Shown: positions 25,101 to 36,130 of the stretch, piece after piece
Numbering within the stretch: position 1 is the first letter of the stretch
How the letters are laid out: every line of letters starts with the position of its first letter
Source: Raillietiella orientalis
Taxonomy: Eukaryota
DNA: 64,000 nt
Direction of reading: 5' to 3'
Assembly (NCBI GenBank): GCA_036172245.1
Contig: JAYWIR010000012.1
Location: 3,348,001-3,412,000 of the forward strand
Translations under genes and position numbers: made by a program
Notes under the pieces: generated by a model
Seen by the model: only the letters and a program-made list of their open reading frames with translations
Told to the model about the DNA's origin: nothing
Database searches by the model: none

Positions 25101-28100
25101 TTAGGAAGCTACAGTGGCTCCAGAGGTGACATCCTCCCCGCCCCCCACCCCTCTGCTGAAGTGGATCCCCAAAGAGGACCCCAAATAAACCAGGGTGGGT
25201 ACTTTTCCCTTCTTCCACACCTGGACCTCTTTCTTTGCCTCGAAGATCGCGCCACATCCGTCTGCCGCCTCCCATTAGTTGTCCTGAGGGAATCATAGAG
25301 GAGCACGCCCCGGCGGGGAAAAGTTCCTCTTGTTCATCATAGCTGTAGGTAGCTGGAGATTCCGCGTGGGAGCCAGCGTCTTCCCCTAAGTACCCATCCC
25401 TCCTTTCCTTGGGGGTCGACACCTTTTGATGAGGTTTTTTCTCCTGGAGCCTCTTCCTCCTTTCCCCCGACGATCCGCTCGCTACCGCAATCAAGTAAGA
25501 AAAATTCTACTGGAGCACCCGATCTTTGTTTTTCGGGAGCCATCCTGGGTCGGGTCGCCTTGGAAGCTACCTGCGAGCTGCTGGAGCGCCACGTCCATCC
25601 GGAACCCGCCGAAAAGATCGCGCGGTCCAGATTCCCCGAACCGCCCGCATTGGAGGCCACGTTGCTGAGGTGGCCTCCGCGAGCAGCATCGGACGTCGCG
25701 GGTTCTAATCCCGCCCGGAGAAGGATCGATGCCGGAGAGAAATGGACACGTTTCGGGATTTGAGTTCCCTCCGCGAGATGACTCTGGTTGACTCATAAAC
25801 GGATGAGGCACTGGTAGAAGCTGGCAAAAACCGGATGCCCCCGATGAGTATCCAGGATTAGGGAGTCGACCCTGCGGGGTTCTTCCAGGAGTCAAGGAGT
25901 CTGTTCTCTTCGGGGCTCCCCACTGTCCGTGCAAATCGAGCCATCCGCCCTCCTTGGGAGGACCTCTATCTCGCACTATGGAGCTGGAGGATTGGTACCT
26001 CTCCAGAGTATTAAGAGCGCTGTTCCCTTCGGGGAGCACCCCTCAAAGAAAATTGGGAAGCATCCCTTTGGGATTCTCTTCAGAGGAGTAACAAGGAGCG
26101 GATCCTTTCGGGTTTCCTTTGGAAAAGAAAGAATGAAGCGACCCCATCCTTGGGGTTTCTGCAGAGAGAATAAGGAAGAGGTTCCCTTAGGAGACAACCA
26201 AGCTATCGGATTCCCTTCAGGGTTCCCTCCCAGGCGTGAGAGGAACCGACTCCTTTCTCAGGGATCCTTTTTCGATTAGTAGTTTGGCCCCCTCCCCGGG
26301 GTACCCCTAACTTGAAGAGCCGACAGCGCACCCAAGGTCAGGAGCACCGCGCCTGAAACTTCTTGTGGAGGCCTAGAACGGCGGGTTCGCTTTGGCGCGG
26401 TGTGAGGACTGTAACGGGAAGAGGCGCGAGGTCGGTGACGCTCGCTGGCGGCCCATGACGGAGTCTCTCCTCCTCAGGTGCGAGAGAAAAAAAGGTACTC
26501 TCCTCCCTCGAAAAGACCCGCAGGCTGAAGGTGGCAGAGCGGACTGGGCCTCCCCTGCCCTTTTTCCGAGGACTCTCTACGCCCATCGGGCCACACCTGG
26601 GCTTTGGCTCCAGGGGGGAGGGGACATTCGAGACAACGTGGAGGTGTGCCATCCAGGCCTTTGCCTTCGTCTCCGGAAACGGCTCCAAGTTACCCTGGGA
26701 GCGCGCCAGGATGTGGCTGCGCCAAAACTCCAGCTACCCTTCTTCCCCAGTCATGTATCCAGGAGCGGCTCTTTCCGGCCGCAGTTCCCCGTGGTGGCAG
26801 ACAGGAGTCTGGCGAGCGGAGAGGGCGTGCCTCCGGCAACTCCCAGGACCGCCTTCATATAAGCCCTCCTCGCTCGAGGCTGTTGGCAGGACCGTTCCTG
26901 GGGAAGGCGGAGTGAGGCCGCTGCCGCTACTGGGATCGCGTCCCTGCGTGATCCCTATCCCTGCCTGGATACCCGGATGCAGGTACGCCCGTGATCCTCC
27001 GTTCTGGGACCTCCTTGGGAGGAGAGTGGGTCTCTCCTCCGTGGCTGGACCCCTTATCGTCCTCTTTCGGAAGGTGCACCACTTCCAGCCCCAAGGAGGC
27101 CTCTACCCGGATCCGGAGGTTGGTGGCGGCGTCGCGAGCCACGCAGGGCGAAGAGGGTGGCCGCGGACCACGGCTCTCCCTCGCGCGTCTTCCTCCCCTC
27201 TTTTCCCCTCTCGTATCCCCACCGTCCTCTTCCTCTAGCGGCGGGAAAGGTCTTCTCCGTGCCCAAAGGTGCCTCCTCATGTGCGATGGGGATGGAGGTG
27301 GGCAAGGGAAGGGGCATCAGATCCCACGTAACTGCTGCTCCCTGGGAAGGTTGCTCCGGGCCTGGAGGCATGTGAATTTTCCGGTCCTCTCTCCTCGCCT
27401 CGGGTGCCAGTCGGATGGACCCCCCCTTTCCCGACTGTGATGTCCCTTGGTGCGCACGGGTTCTTCGCGGAAGGAGTAAGAAGAGAAAGAAGAGCTTTTG
27501 CCGGAGATGCCGAACAGTTCCTTCGCACCGGTCCTCCCTTTTCGTTGCTGCACGACGTGCGACCGAACTACACTTCTCACCCTCCTCACTTGTTACTCGT
27601 TCTTGCATGGAAGCTTTTCGGCCTTTCCCTTCCAAGAAGAAAACGGCAGCTGGACGGCTGCGGTTCAGAAGGTGGTCGATCTGGAACACCCAGCTCTCAG
27701 GAAAAGGACCTCGACCCACGGCTTCTGCTTCTCATCTCCTCCCCTTCACGTGCTTTCCAGTGGTCCCATCTCGCAGGTGATCATCCAGTTCAACAGGCAG
27801 CTGAGCAGGAAGATCCTCTTGATTGAGAAGGACATCAGCGTCTTCCTCGGTGAGTCAAGCTCGGGTGGGGAAGGAGGAAGGCGAGGGAATTGTGCATGGG
27901 AGGCGATCCACAGGAGGATAGCCCAGGATCGAATCTCCTCTCCCCTTCTCACTTCGCCATCCTATGTGCCGTCGGACGCCATTTTGCTTCACTGAGAGCA
28001 AGCTGTCCGACGATGGCAACGACATGTGAGCGGTTCCGTGGGGTCTCTTCCCGCTGCCGTCGTTCGGCACGAGACCGTGAACGTGCTACTGCCACCGGCG

Positions 28101-30999
28101 GGGGGGGTCCAAGCGTGTGCTCCTGTTCGGTATGTTCGAGTGCGGAGATCCCTTTCGCTGGATACAGGAACTGCTCTCTGATGGCTCTCCTGCACCCATT
28201 CCTCACCTGTCTTTCCTTGGAGAGGAGACAAGAGGTCACGGATGGGGGGGGACGGAATTGCGCCACCTCCATCATGGCCGCAGCCTCCATTTCACTGAGC
28301 ACTGCTCGAACGTTCAGCTGTGGAACCTGGCAGATTCTCGTAGATGGGATCAAGAGTTGGCCACTGCCCTTTCTCTCTCACCCTGGTCAGACCACCAAAT
28401 AGACTTGGCATCCATGAGTGACTAGAATGCACAGAGCAGTTACGTACACACCTTGGATTACGTACACACCTGAGCGCAGTATGCTGGCGTAATGGACCCG
28501 CACGCATGTATACGTATACGCATACACGTGTGCTTGGAGATGTTCAAGCAAGTAGGATTAAAAACACACGCACACGAAATCAGCAATCATGGAAACAAAA
28601 CGGAACTTGCGCGCGAATTCACCGGAAGCCTTGGCAACCATGCTGAAGCCGAAAGACGCGGGAAAACGAATGTGGGGACTGCTCTGCGCTGAGAAGTCGA
28701 CGAAGTCGGAGCCGCGCTGCGTCCATTCCGAGATATCCCGGGCATCAAGAAAAGGTGGAAAATGTTGCTCCATGCGTTTGAAGACTGGAGTCCACATCTA
28801 CACTTCAGGAAATGCGTGCGATGAACAAGAAAAGCGGAAAAGAGAGGTCCTCTGGAGTTACCCCCCTTTTTCGCTTTCTCTGGGTGCCAGCGCATTGAGA
28901 GCCGCCCACCGCGCAGCACCACCTCTGTTCCTCCTAGCACCAAGAGTGGAGTCGTTTGCGGACCGGTGGGAGTCTCCAGATCATTCTCCGCCGATGTGAG
29001 TAGCGTGGCTCCACCCAAGAACGGCTAGAGAGGCTCGCTGGACGAAGACGAACGGGATAGCTGAAAACAGTTTTTTTATTTCACTTCATTTTACATTTCA
29101 TTTTTCATTTTATTTTCCATTTTTTTTATTTTATTTTTGTAATTCCTACTCCGGGTTCCTCTGCTTCCTGAATTTCTGACTAAGGGAAAATTCTTCTGAG
29201 TGCAGAGGGGCCTACGCGTTCGGCGCGGAAAAGTGTCGGTGCTGGGAAAGTCACCAGCCGAACTCTGAAATATCGTGGCACTGTCCGACCCGGTCTTCGA
29301 CTCCCTCGATACCACGGTGTGGCTGCAAGGAGCTGCGGGCACCCAGACGCCTCTCTGCTTCCCCTCCTGGTTCCTTGTGCCGTCTGGACAATAGACGTCC
29401 AGGCGACGCCGACGTCTAAGGAAGCGTCACGAGGAGCCAGCTTCATCGGGCCACAGAGGCGAAGTGGGAGCTTCAATCGGAGTGTTGCTGCTTGCGTCCT
29501 CCAACAGGAATCAGCTCGCCACCGCCCGTCCAGTCCTCCTTCCTCCTCCCACTCCCCCCCTATCAGACAGAGGGAATCTGCAGCGATGAGTCTGCGGGAA
29601 GGATCACAGAGATTCGTTCTCGATGCTTCCTCTGTGGGACAGAGTGCCCCTGCTCTGCTTCCGGGAGGACACTCCCACTTCACTTCGCAACTCTCCATCA
29701 TCACCGCTTGAGCGCTAGGAAGAACGGGAACAGAGCATGCGGAGAAGGAAGAGGAAGGGGAACCTCGGCTGGGAAACGCAAACCAATTCCCCTTCTCTCT
29801 CTCTCCCTCTTTCCTCTTCTCGGAAGAATGAAAGACCGAAGTCGCCCGATATGAGCCGGGCGAGCGAACGCTGCTCGCTTTGAGACATCGAGGGCGGAGG
29901 GATCTTCCTCGCTCTGTAGAGTGTCGCGTCCATGAAGTGGCTGTTTTGGTCCTGGCGATCGCAGGCTGCCAGCCTGAAATCCACTCGCCACGGATGCAGA
30001 CGTTCTTCGGTTCCTTTGTACTTCTCTGGTTCCCAGGGCCACGCGCGCGCAATTTCCTCAGAGGCTGCCTCGGGAGTTTCTTGGTTTCTGAAGGTGGAAA
30101 GGCAATCGAGAGACCGGAGTCCATGACCCCGAGGAAGGGACACCCCTTCCTAGAGGAACGTTCTTAGAGGTCTTGGCGCCCTCCCAGGGCTACACCCTTC
30201 CGAATTTGAGAGAGGGCTGGCATGCATCGCTGCAGATGCACCCCAGGCGCTTTCCCACGCCGACTCAATGAGGTTCTGCGTCTGGTGCGCGCACCCGTCG
30301 AAGGAGGTGAAGAAAAGGCACCCGTGGAGGAGGAGGAGGGAAGACGTCAACCGCAACTCCTTGCGGAGGTGACCCAGACGGAGCACCCACGAGGCGCTGG
30401 TTGGCTCAGCGGTCGTCTGCATGAGCCGCAGCGAACTGAAGCCTCTTTCCTGTCTGCTGGGTTTGCATAAGCGGTGCGCAAACGCCTTCGTCGCCCGGCT
30501 CGAACCTCTCACCGCCATTTCCCGTTCCTCCTTCATTCCTTCCTGCACTATGGTCGCTGCGTGCCCCCCTCGAGACGATAGGTGGATCCAGCGCACGCAT
30601 CCTCGTCTCCCCTGCGTCTGGAAGAGCATCCAGTGAAGGGATGCAGCTTACTCCAGGACCCCCCTTCTCTTCCACCCCTCAGGGCTCAACGCACGCACGC
30701 AGCAGTCCCCGATCCGAGGTCAGGTTCGACGTTCTCCTCACTTTCCCTCCCTTCTTACTTCCATCTGGATCGCCAAACAACCACCCTCCTTCCTAGGGTT
30801 GATCGGCAGCAGCCTTAGCATCACCATGGGAGCGAGTCTGATCTCCATCTTCGAAGTTTCCATCATCCTGTTAGACTTCGCCGCCACGCACTCCAGGAAG
30901 CTACTCGTCTGCTTATCTCGGCGGAAGGTCACTCCTGCGAGCACCTGCGCGTGGGTGCAACCGCGCCCCGCGCTGGACGGTCCGCCGCTTCCTCCTTGA
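19197..30999 (+). CDS. Divergent DEG/ENaC (pickpocket/ASIC superfamily) channel subunit, 9 exons, 503 aa
   Basis: Exons 19197-19512, 20004-20187, 20402-20601, 21175-21323, 22922-23105, 24339-24425, 24482-24581, 27761-27849, 30797-30999 total 1512 nt with matching phases. Motifs: ERAFW then TM1, FPSVVVC, CEDLILGC, TAYGRCF, TM2 with GAS (LIGSSLSITMGASLISIFE). Confidence 0.88.
19520..19965. repeat. About 450-bp near-pure polypyrimidine (C/T) tract in intron 1 of the DEG/ENaC gene
   Basis: Almost no G on the plus strand across the tract. Confidence 0.9.
21880..22510 (-). mobile_element. Hairpin-array SINE-like element, long variant, no head (intronic)
   Basis: Collinear with 690-1290 along its whole length; the ORF track gives near-identical peptides (MEQEPSRAPLQLFKGAEP) for both. 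Confidence 0.85.
25652..26410 (+). mobile_element. Hairpin-array SINE-like element with tRNA-like head (intronic)
   Basis: Starts GGAGGCCACGTTGCTGAGGTGGCCTCC (A-box-like), then GCGGGTTCTAATCCCGC (B-box-like), a body with CCCTTCGGG hairpins, and CCCCGGGGTACCCCTAACTTGAAGAG matching the other copies. Confidence 0.75.
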
Positions 31000-32514
31000 G
31001 GGCAGCTGCGGTCCCGAGGACTACGGTTCCCTCCTCAAGATTCCCTACCCCAGGAGCGGCCCCTGCGTTCCCGCCGCTGCACGCCCCAGCTTTCGGAGAG
31101 GAGTGCGGAGTACAACGATCTCTCCCTCTCTTCCCCCTTCTCGTCGCCGTCGGCGGCGGCGCCACCGTCGCACCCGCCCTCCACGTTTTCTCCTGGAAGG
31201 GGGACCCTTTCCGTTCCTCCGATCAAGACGAGACGAACCGGTTCGTCTTTGCAGGAGGGGGCACACCGCTACCCTCGCCCCACAAATTGCCCCTCACTCC
31301 CACCTGACGTTTGCCGTGGTGCCACTCCTCTCCCTTCACCTGGAAGGTTCCCCTTCTTCAGTGCCCCTCCCGGGTTTGGGAGTCTGTCACCAGCCCTGCG
31401 AGAGAACCAGCAGGGCGACAATAAAGCAGACAAGAAAGGATGGGAGGAAAGCGAGGAGGAGGGGGGTCCAGGACACCAGGAACAGATAGGGACGCGGCGA
31501 TTACTTGACTCGTGCTGTAGACGAGGCATTCCCATGTTCTTCCTTGCGGAGGAGTGCCGAAGCTTCCCAGTACAGGTCCACTCCCGCCATGGAGTTTGCT
31601 TCGCTGAGGACGCAGCCGTCTTTGTTGCCAAGGCGAGGGGTGAGGAAAGGATTCCTCATGCCGTCCCGTCTTCTTCCCTCTGGCTGGATCCGGAGAAGAG
31701 GAAGGGGAATCCATCAAATTCATCTACAAAGCTGTCTGCATCCATCTAAAGATGCCCGCAGTCTTCCTCGCGGGATGGTCCAGCTGTTAGCGCGTGCTGC
31801 GACCGATGCTTTCCTTTTGACCACTGCGACGACCCCGGGGAGGCTCGGGCAGCAGCGACGCTGGACCCGGCTAAGTCCTCCCGGTGCTTCTTGCAAGCTC
31901 CTGCTGGCGTTCTTTCCAGCGCCTCGTGCTCCGGCGTGACATGCCCGGGAGCGAAGACTCCTTTCCGCAGGCGGTGCAGCTCCACGACCGATCTTCCGGC
32001 ATCCTTCCGAACTTCAGAAGGATGCGGAAGCATCGGGAGCAGAACCGCCATCCTATGCAGCCGCGCGAGCTCCAGCAGGAGCAAGACCAGCGATCACGGT
32101 CGGGATCTGGACTCTCGAAGGCATCAGAAGCAACAGCGGCACCAGCAGCATCTGCAGGACCAGTGAAGAGTTCCTGGCAGGCTACCGCACCGTCAGCGGC
32201 GCCAGCATCGGTAGCATCACTGCCGGAGGCAGGAGCATACGAGGTAGAGTCAGCCATCCTGCGCCGCGGCCATGACCTGCTGGTCTTCGCTCCAAGAGGC
32301 CCCAGAAAGGAGTCAGATTCCCTTTCGCATCCACCCCCCTCCAGGAGTGTCCTCGACTCCCCGCAACTTCGGGAGGGCCAGTGGCGGCAGCCGGAAAGGG
32401 AAGGTCACAGGCGGCGGCAGCAGGGCGGTTGAGAGTCGACCTCTGGAAATGAGGGCACCACTGACCTGAAAAGTCTCTCCCAGGGAGGAAGAGGGCGTCC
32501 TTTTGGGGGGTTCG

Positions 32515-33312
32515 CAAAGCCCCTCAAGGACCGTCGCGTGCCTGACGGCGGCTCCCGCAGTGCCTTGATGCTGTTCCATGCCACCAGAGGGCGCGTGCAA
32601 CTCTTTAAGTTAGGGGGGGTTCCGGGGAGGGGGCCAATCTACGGATCCAAAAAGGGTTCCGGAGAAAACAGTCCGTTCCTCTCACGCCTGGGAGGAACCC
32701 TCCACCCTGGTTGTCTCCTAAGGGAACTCCTTCCTTATTCCTTCCGGAGGGACCCGCCGCTCCGGGGAGGGGGCTATTCCATTATTTTTTCTCCGAAGGG
32801 AACCCAGGAAAGATCCTCTATTGGAATCCCTTCTCCAGAGGAAACCGCAAGGGAACCGCTCCTTGCATTCTCTTCTGGAGAGAATCCCGAAGGGATGCTT
32901 CCTGATTTACTCTGACGGGTCGCTCCCGGAGGGAGCAGCGCGCCTCTTCACTCTCTGGAGGGGTATCAATCAACCAGCTGCCTGGTACGAGATGGAGAGT
33001 CCCTCCGAGGAGAGAAGGGACGGCTCGATTTGCAGGACCAGAAGGAAACCCCCAAGGGAACAGACTCCTTGGATCCTGGAAGGAACCCGGAGGGTCGACT
33101 CCCAATCCCGGCCACTTTTTCAGGGCATCCGGTTTTTTGTCAGCTTCTACGAGTGCCTCAACCGATTATGGGCTAACCAGCGTCATCTCGTGGGGGGAAC
33201 TCGAATCCCGTGACGCGCCCATTTCTCTCCGGCGTCGATCCTTCCCCGGGTGGGATTGGAACCCACGACGCCCAGTGCCGTGCGTGGAGGCCCCCGCAGT
33301 CACGTGGCCTCC
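32515..33312 (-). mobile_element. Hairpin-array SINE-like element with tRNA-like head
   Basis: Minus strand starts GGAGGCCACGTGACTGCGGGGGCCTCC...GTGGGTTCCAATCCCAC; body and 3' block match 25652-26410 and 530-960. Confidence 0.78.
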
Positions 33313-35719
33313 TCGCTGGAGGGGAAGGTAAGAATCCGCGAGATATCAGGGGCTCTGTGCGGGTGCCGCGGGAAAACTCCAAGAGGGCACCCGACAGATC
33401 CGATTCGGGGAAGAGGTCACGCAGGAGAGGGAGGAAAGGGCGGGACCCGAGCGTCCTTCTCCCGACCAACCGGTTGAGTTTCGGGCAACGCGATGATGGC
33501 AGCACTCGCTCAGGGCGAACGGTGAGAAAGATGGGCGGTCCGAAGGGCGGTCGGTGAGAACGCCAAAGTTCTTGCGACTCTCGAGAGGAGAGAGAGAGCC
33601 CATCCGCCGTGGGGGTCAGGCAGCACCTGGACGCGCGCGCTTTTGATGAGACAGGGGTGCGGAAGTGAAGGGGGGGAGGAGACTGAGAACCGTTACGATC
33701 AGAGCAGCCTCGAGAGCGCTCCCCAAGGGCGCTGCAGAAAACCGGGAAGGGAGAGGGAGGGAAGAGAGGAAGGAGTCGTCGCCCCGGGTTCCTGCGAACA
33801 CGAAGGCTGTGCACGTTCCCACGGACTGGGGTTTCTGCTCTCCTCCCTTCCTTGCCTCCTCGAAGGCACACGGAGGCAGTGGCTCCTTGCGGGCGTCGGC
33901 AGAGTCGTCGTCGCCCTGCCGCTGCCGCCGGCGGAGCGCGTGCGCATCGTCCCCGCTCCTGTCTTTCCTGCCACCCTCCTCCTCGTGCCATGCCCTGCAG
34001 GAGTACGAGGAAGGGGCTCTCCGGGAATCGACGCCGCTCGCCTGGGAGGATCTACGCAGACGGAGAGGTCAACCGAGGCGGACCCACTCCCTAAGGGCCG
34101 TCCCGGCCTCCTTGCGGCAGCAGCAGCGGAAGGAGGGCGGCTGGAGGGCGAGCGCAGAGAATCTTCCTCCCGGAAGCCCTCCGGCTGCTTCTCGCCACCT
34201 TGCTCCGGACGACACTCCCCACCCGAGCTCCCTGCGCCTAGGCGCTTCGCACCGGAGAGAGGTCGCGGCGCTGACGGAGGGCCTACGACCCCACGGGACC
34301 CAGCATCTTCCAGGCCCTCCCGCCTTCCGCCTGATGGGGCCTTCCTGAGTTCTGCCTCACCGCCTGTCATGCGGGACGGCCCCTGGGCGACTCCCAGCTT
34401 CTGTCGCGTCTCCCTGCATGTGTATCACCCATCTGTGCGGTGTGGAGTGCATACGGAGGCACGTGTACACGTGTACATACATCCCAGGTACGCAACGTGA
34501 CTGCTTACACGCCGAGCCACACCTGGAGTCACACTGGGATGGAAGTTTCCGTTCAAGGCTGGCCATGCGCGTCCTTCAAGCATGTCGCAGGTGGTAGCAC
34601 CAAGGGGTCGCGCTCCATGACCCGCACGTCCGTTAGCAGCTCCTTTAGAGTCGGCGCAAGCAGAGGGTGCCCGAGGGACTGAGGAAGCGCACGCCGGGAC
34701 ACACTTTTCCTCCCTCTCCCATCCGAGGCGCGGCCAACTCGAGCCTTCCCTCTCTCCCGCGAATGACCGAAATCCCAGACGGCGTCATCCCTTGGACGGA
34801 GAGCGCGGGTTCGTTCCCGTCCCGCGCGCGTGAGAAGATCAGCGACCAGCCACGAAGCAGTGTCCGGGACGGGAGTGACCCAGGAGACGGCACGGATGTT
34901 CTCCCCCTACGCCTTCGCCGAGAGGAAGCGAAGAATCCGGGAAGGTGGCGGCTGCCCTCCGCGCTTCCGACGAAGGAGGGGACGCCATTTTCGCCGCTCT
35001 CCTGAGGACCGAGGGGCGGGTGGAAGTTGATCTCCCGCGATGCCCGCAGGCAATCTGGGATGCCTGGAGCGCCTTGCTACCTGCACTCCGAGCAGGGTGA
35101 CCCAGGAGGATGCCGTTTGCTCGGCACGCCCCCCCCCCCCTTCCTCATCCGTGAGCGTGTCCGCTGCTGCCGCCTCCCGACGCTCTCGTTTTCAGGGGAA
35201 CCGTCGCGACAGGTGCAGAAGAGGGCGAGGGGGGAGAGAGGGGAACGAAAAAGAAGGGGGTGGTATCGGTGGAAGAAAGAGAGACCCCCTGCTGCTTCTC
35301 ACGTCGTTCGGTTCCACTCCCTCCCCAGGAAGTTCTCCCCGCCTCGGATCGGTGCGCCGCGAGATGCCGCCGCTGGTGGAAGGAGGGACCGCGGAACAGA
35401 GTGCGCTCGGAAGGGCGAGGACGACTTCAGGGGGGTGTCTTCCGCAGGGTGCCCTGCTCCAGCGAACGAACAGAACTGGGGGACTGCCCGACCCTTTCCC
35501 CACCGTGAGTGACCCTCAGCATCCGGCGGTGCGCGCCTTCCTGGACGGCCCAGATCGCACAACGAGTGCCTTCGCTTCCGACTGCTGGGCCGCCGGTCGA
35601 CCAGCGAGAAGCGCTCAACGTAGGCAGTGACCGAGGTCCCAGAAAACCCTGCCGCCATCGACCCTCCCCCTCTTTCTATCCCATTTTGTTTGGGGAGCGT
35701 CCGAGTCCCTGGTCTTCAG

Positions 35720-36130
35720 GGAGGAGCGAATTCGTCGAGACCACGGCAGGAGGAATGGACGACAGCGCCTCTCAAAGCAGCCGTCGCCGGTGACGCTCGG
35801 GCTCACCTCTGGCGCCCGGAACGATGGAAGTGGTCACTTGAGGCACTCCAGCAGGGCGTGCGGGTCGGGCTCCCTCTTTTCGCGAGCCGAAGAGTGTCCC
35901 CCGAAAAAATTGGGGCAGAGGGGCAGGCGGCTTGTAGGTCGTTCGGAGAGCAGGCTCGAAAGACGGGACAAAGGGAAGGGTCGTCCTGTGGGATGGCGCC
36001 AAACAACACCGCGAAAGCCAGAGATGCGGGGAATTTCGGGATTCCAGGCGCGCGCCGCGCAGCGAAGGTTTAGCGCGCAGCCCAGGACGACGAGGTGCGT
36101 CCTGAAAAATCGAGGCGTCCTTCCGTGATC
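35720..36130 (+). mobile_element. Possible fossil hAT-superfamily transposase fragment
   Basis: Peptide EEWTTAPLKAAVAGDARAHLWRPERWKW...MAPNNTAKARDAGNFGIPG loosely follows the hAT DxWT...TxH...W and D-N-x-x-N...KA blocks. Catalytic residues are not intact; judged by eye only. Confidence 0.3.

Noticed and set aside
33300..33335. GCCTCCTCGCTGG, identical to the HDV ribozyme P3/L3 segment
   Set aside because: P3 is mismatched, no P1 with a G at the cleavage site and no P2 can be built, and the match straddles the SINE head boundary.
31350..34500. Long GC-rich ORFs, one with AYEVESAIL resembling a chromodomain start
   Set aside because: Low-complexity, open in several frames, with no further chromodomain or integrase motifs.
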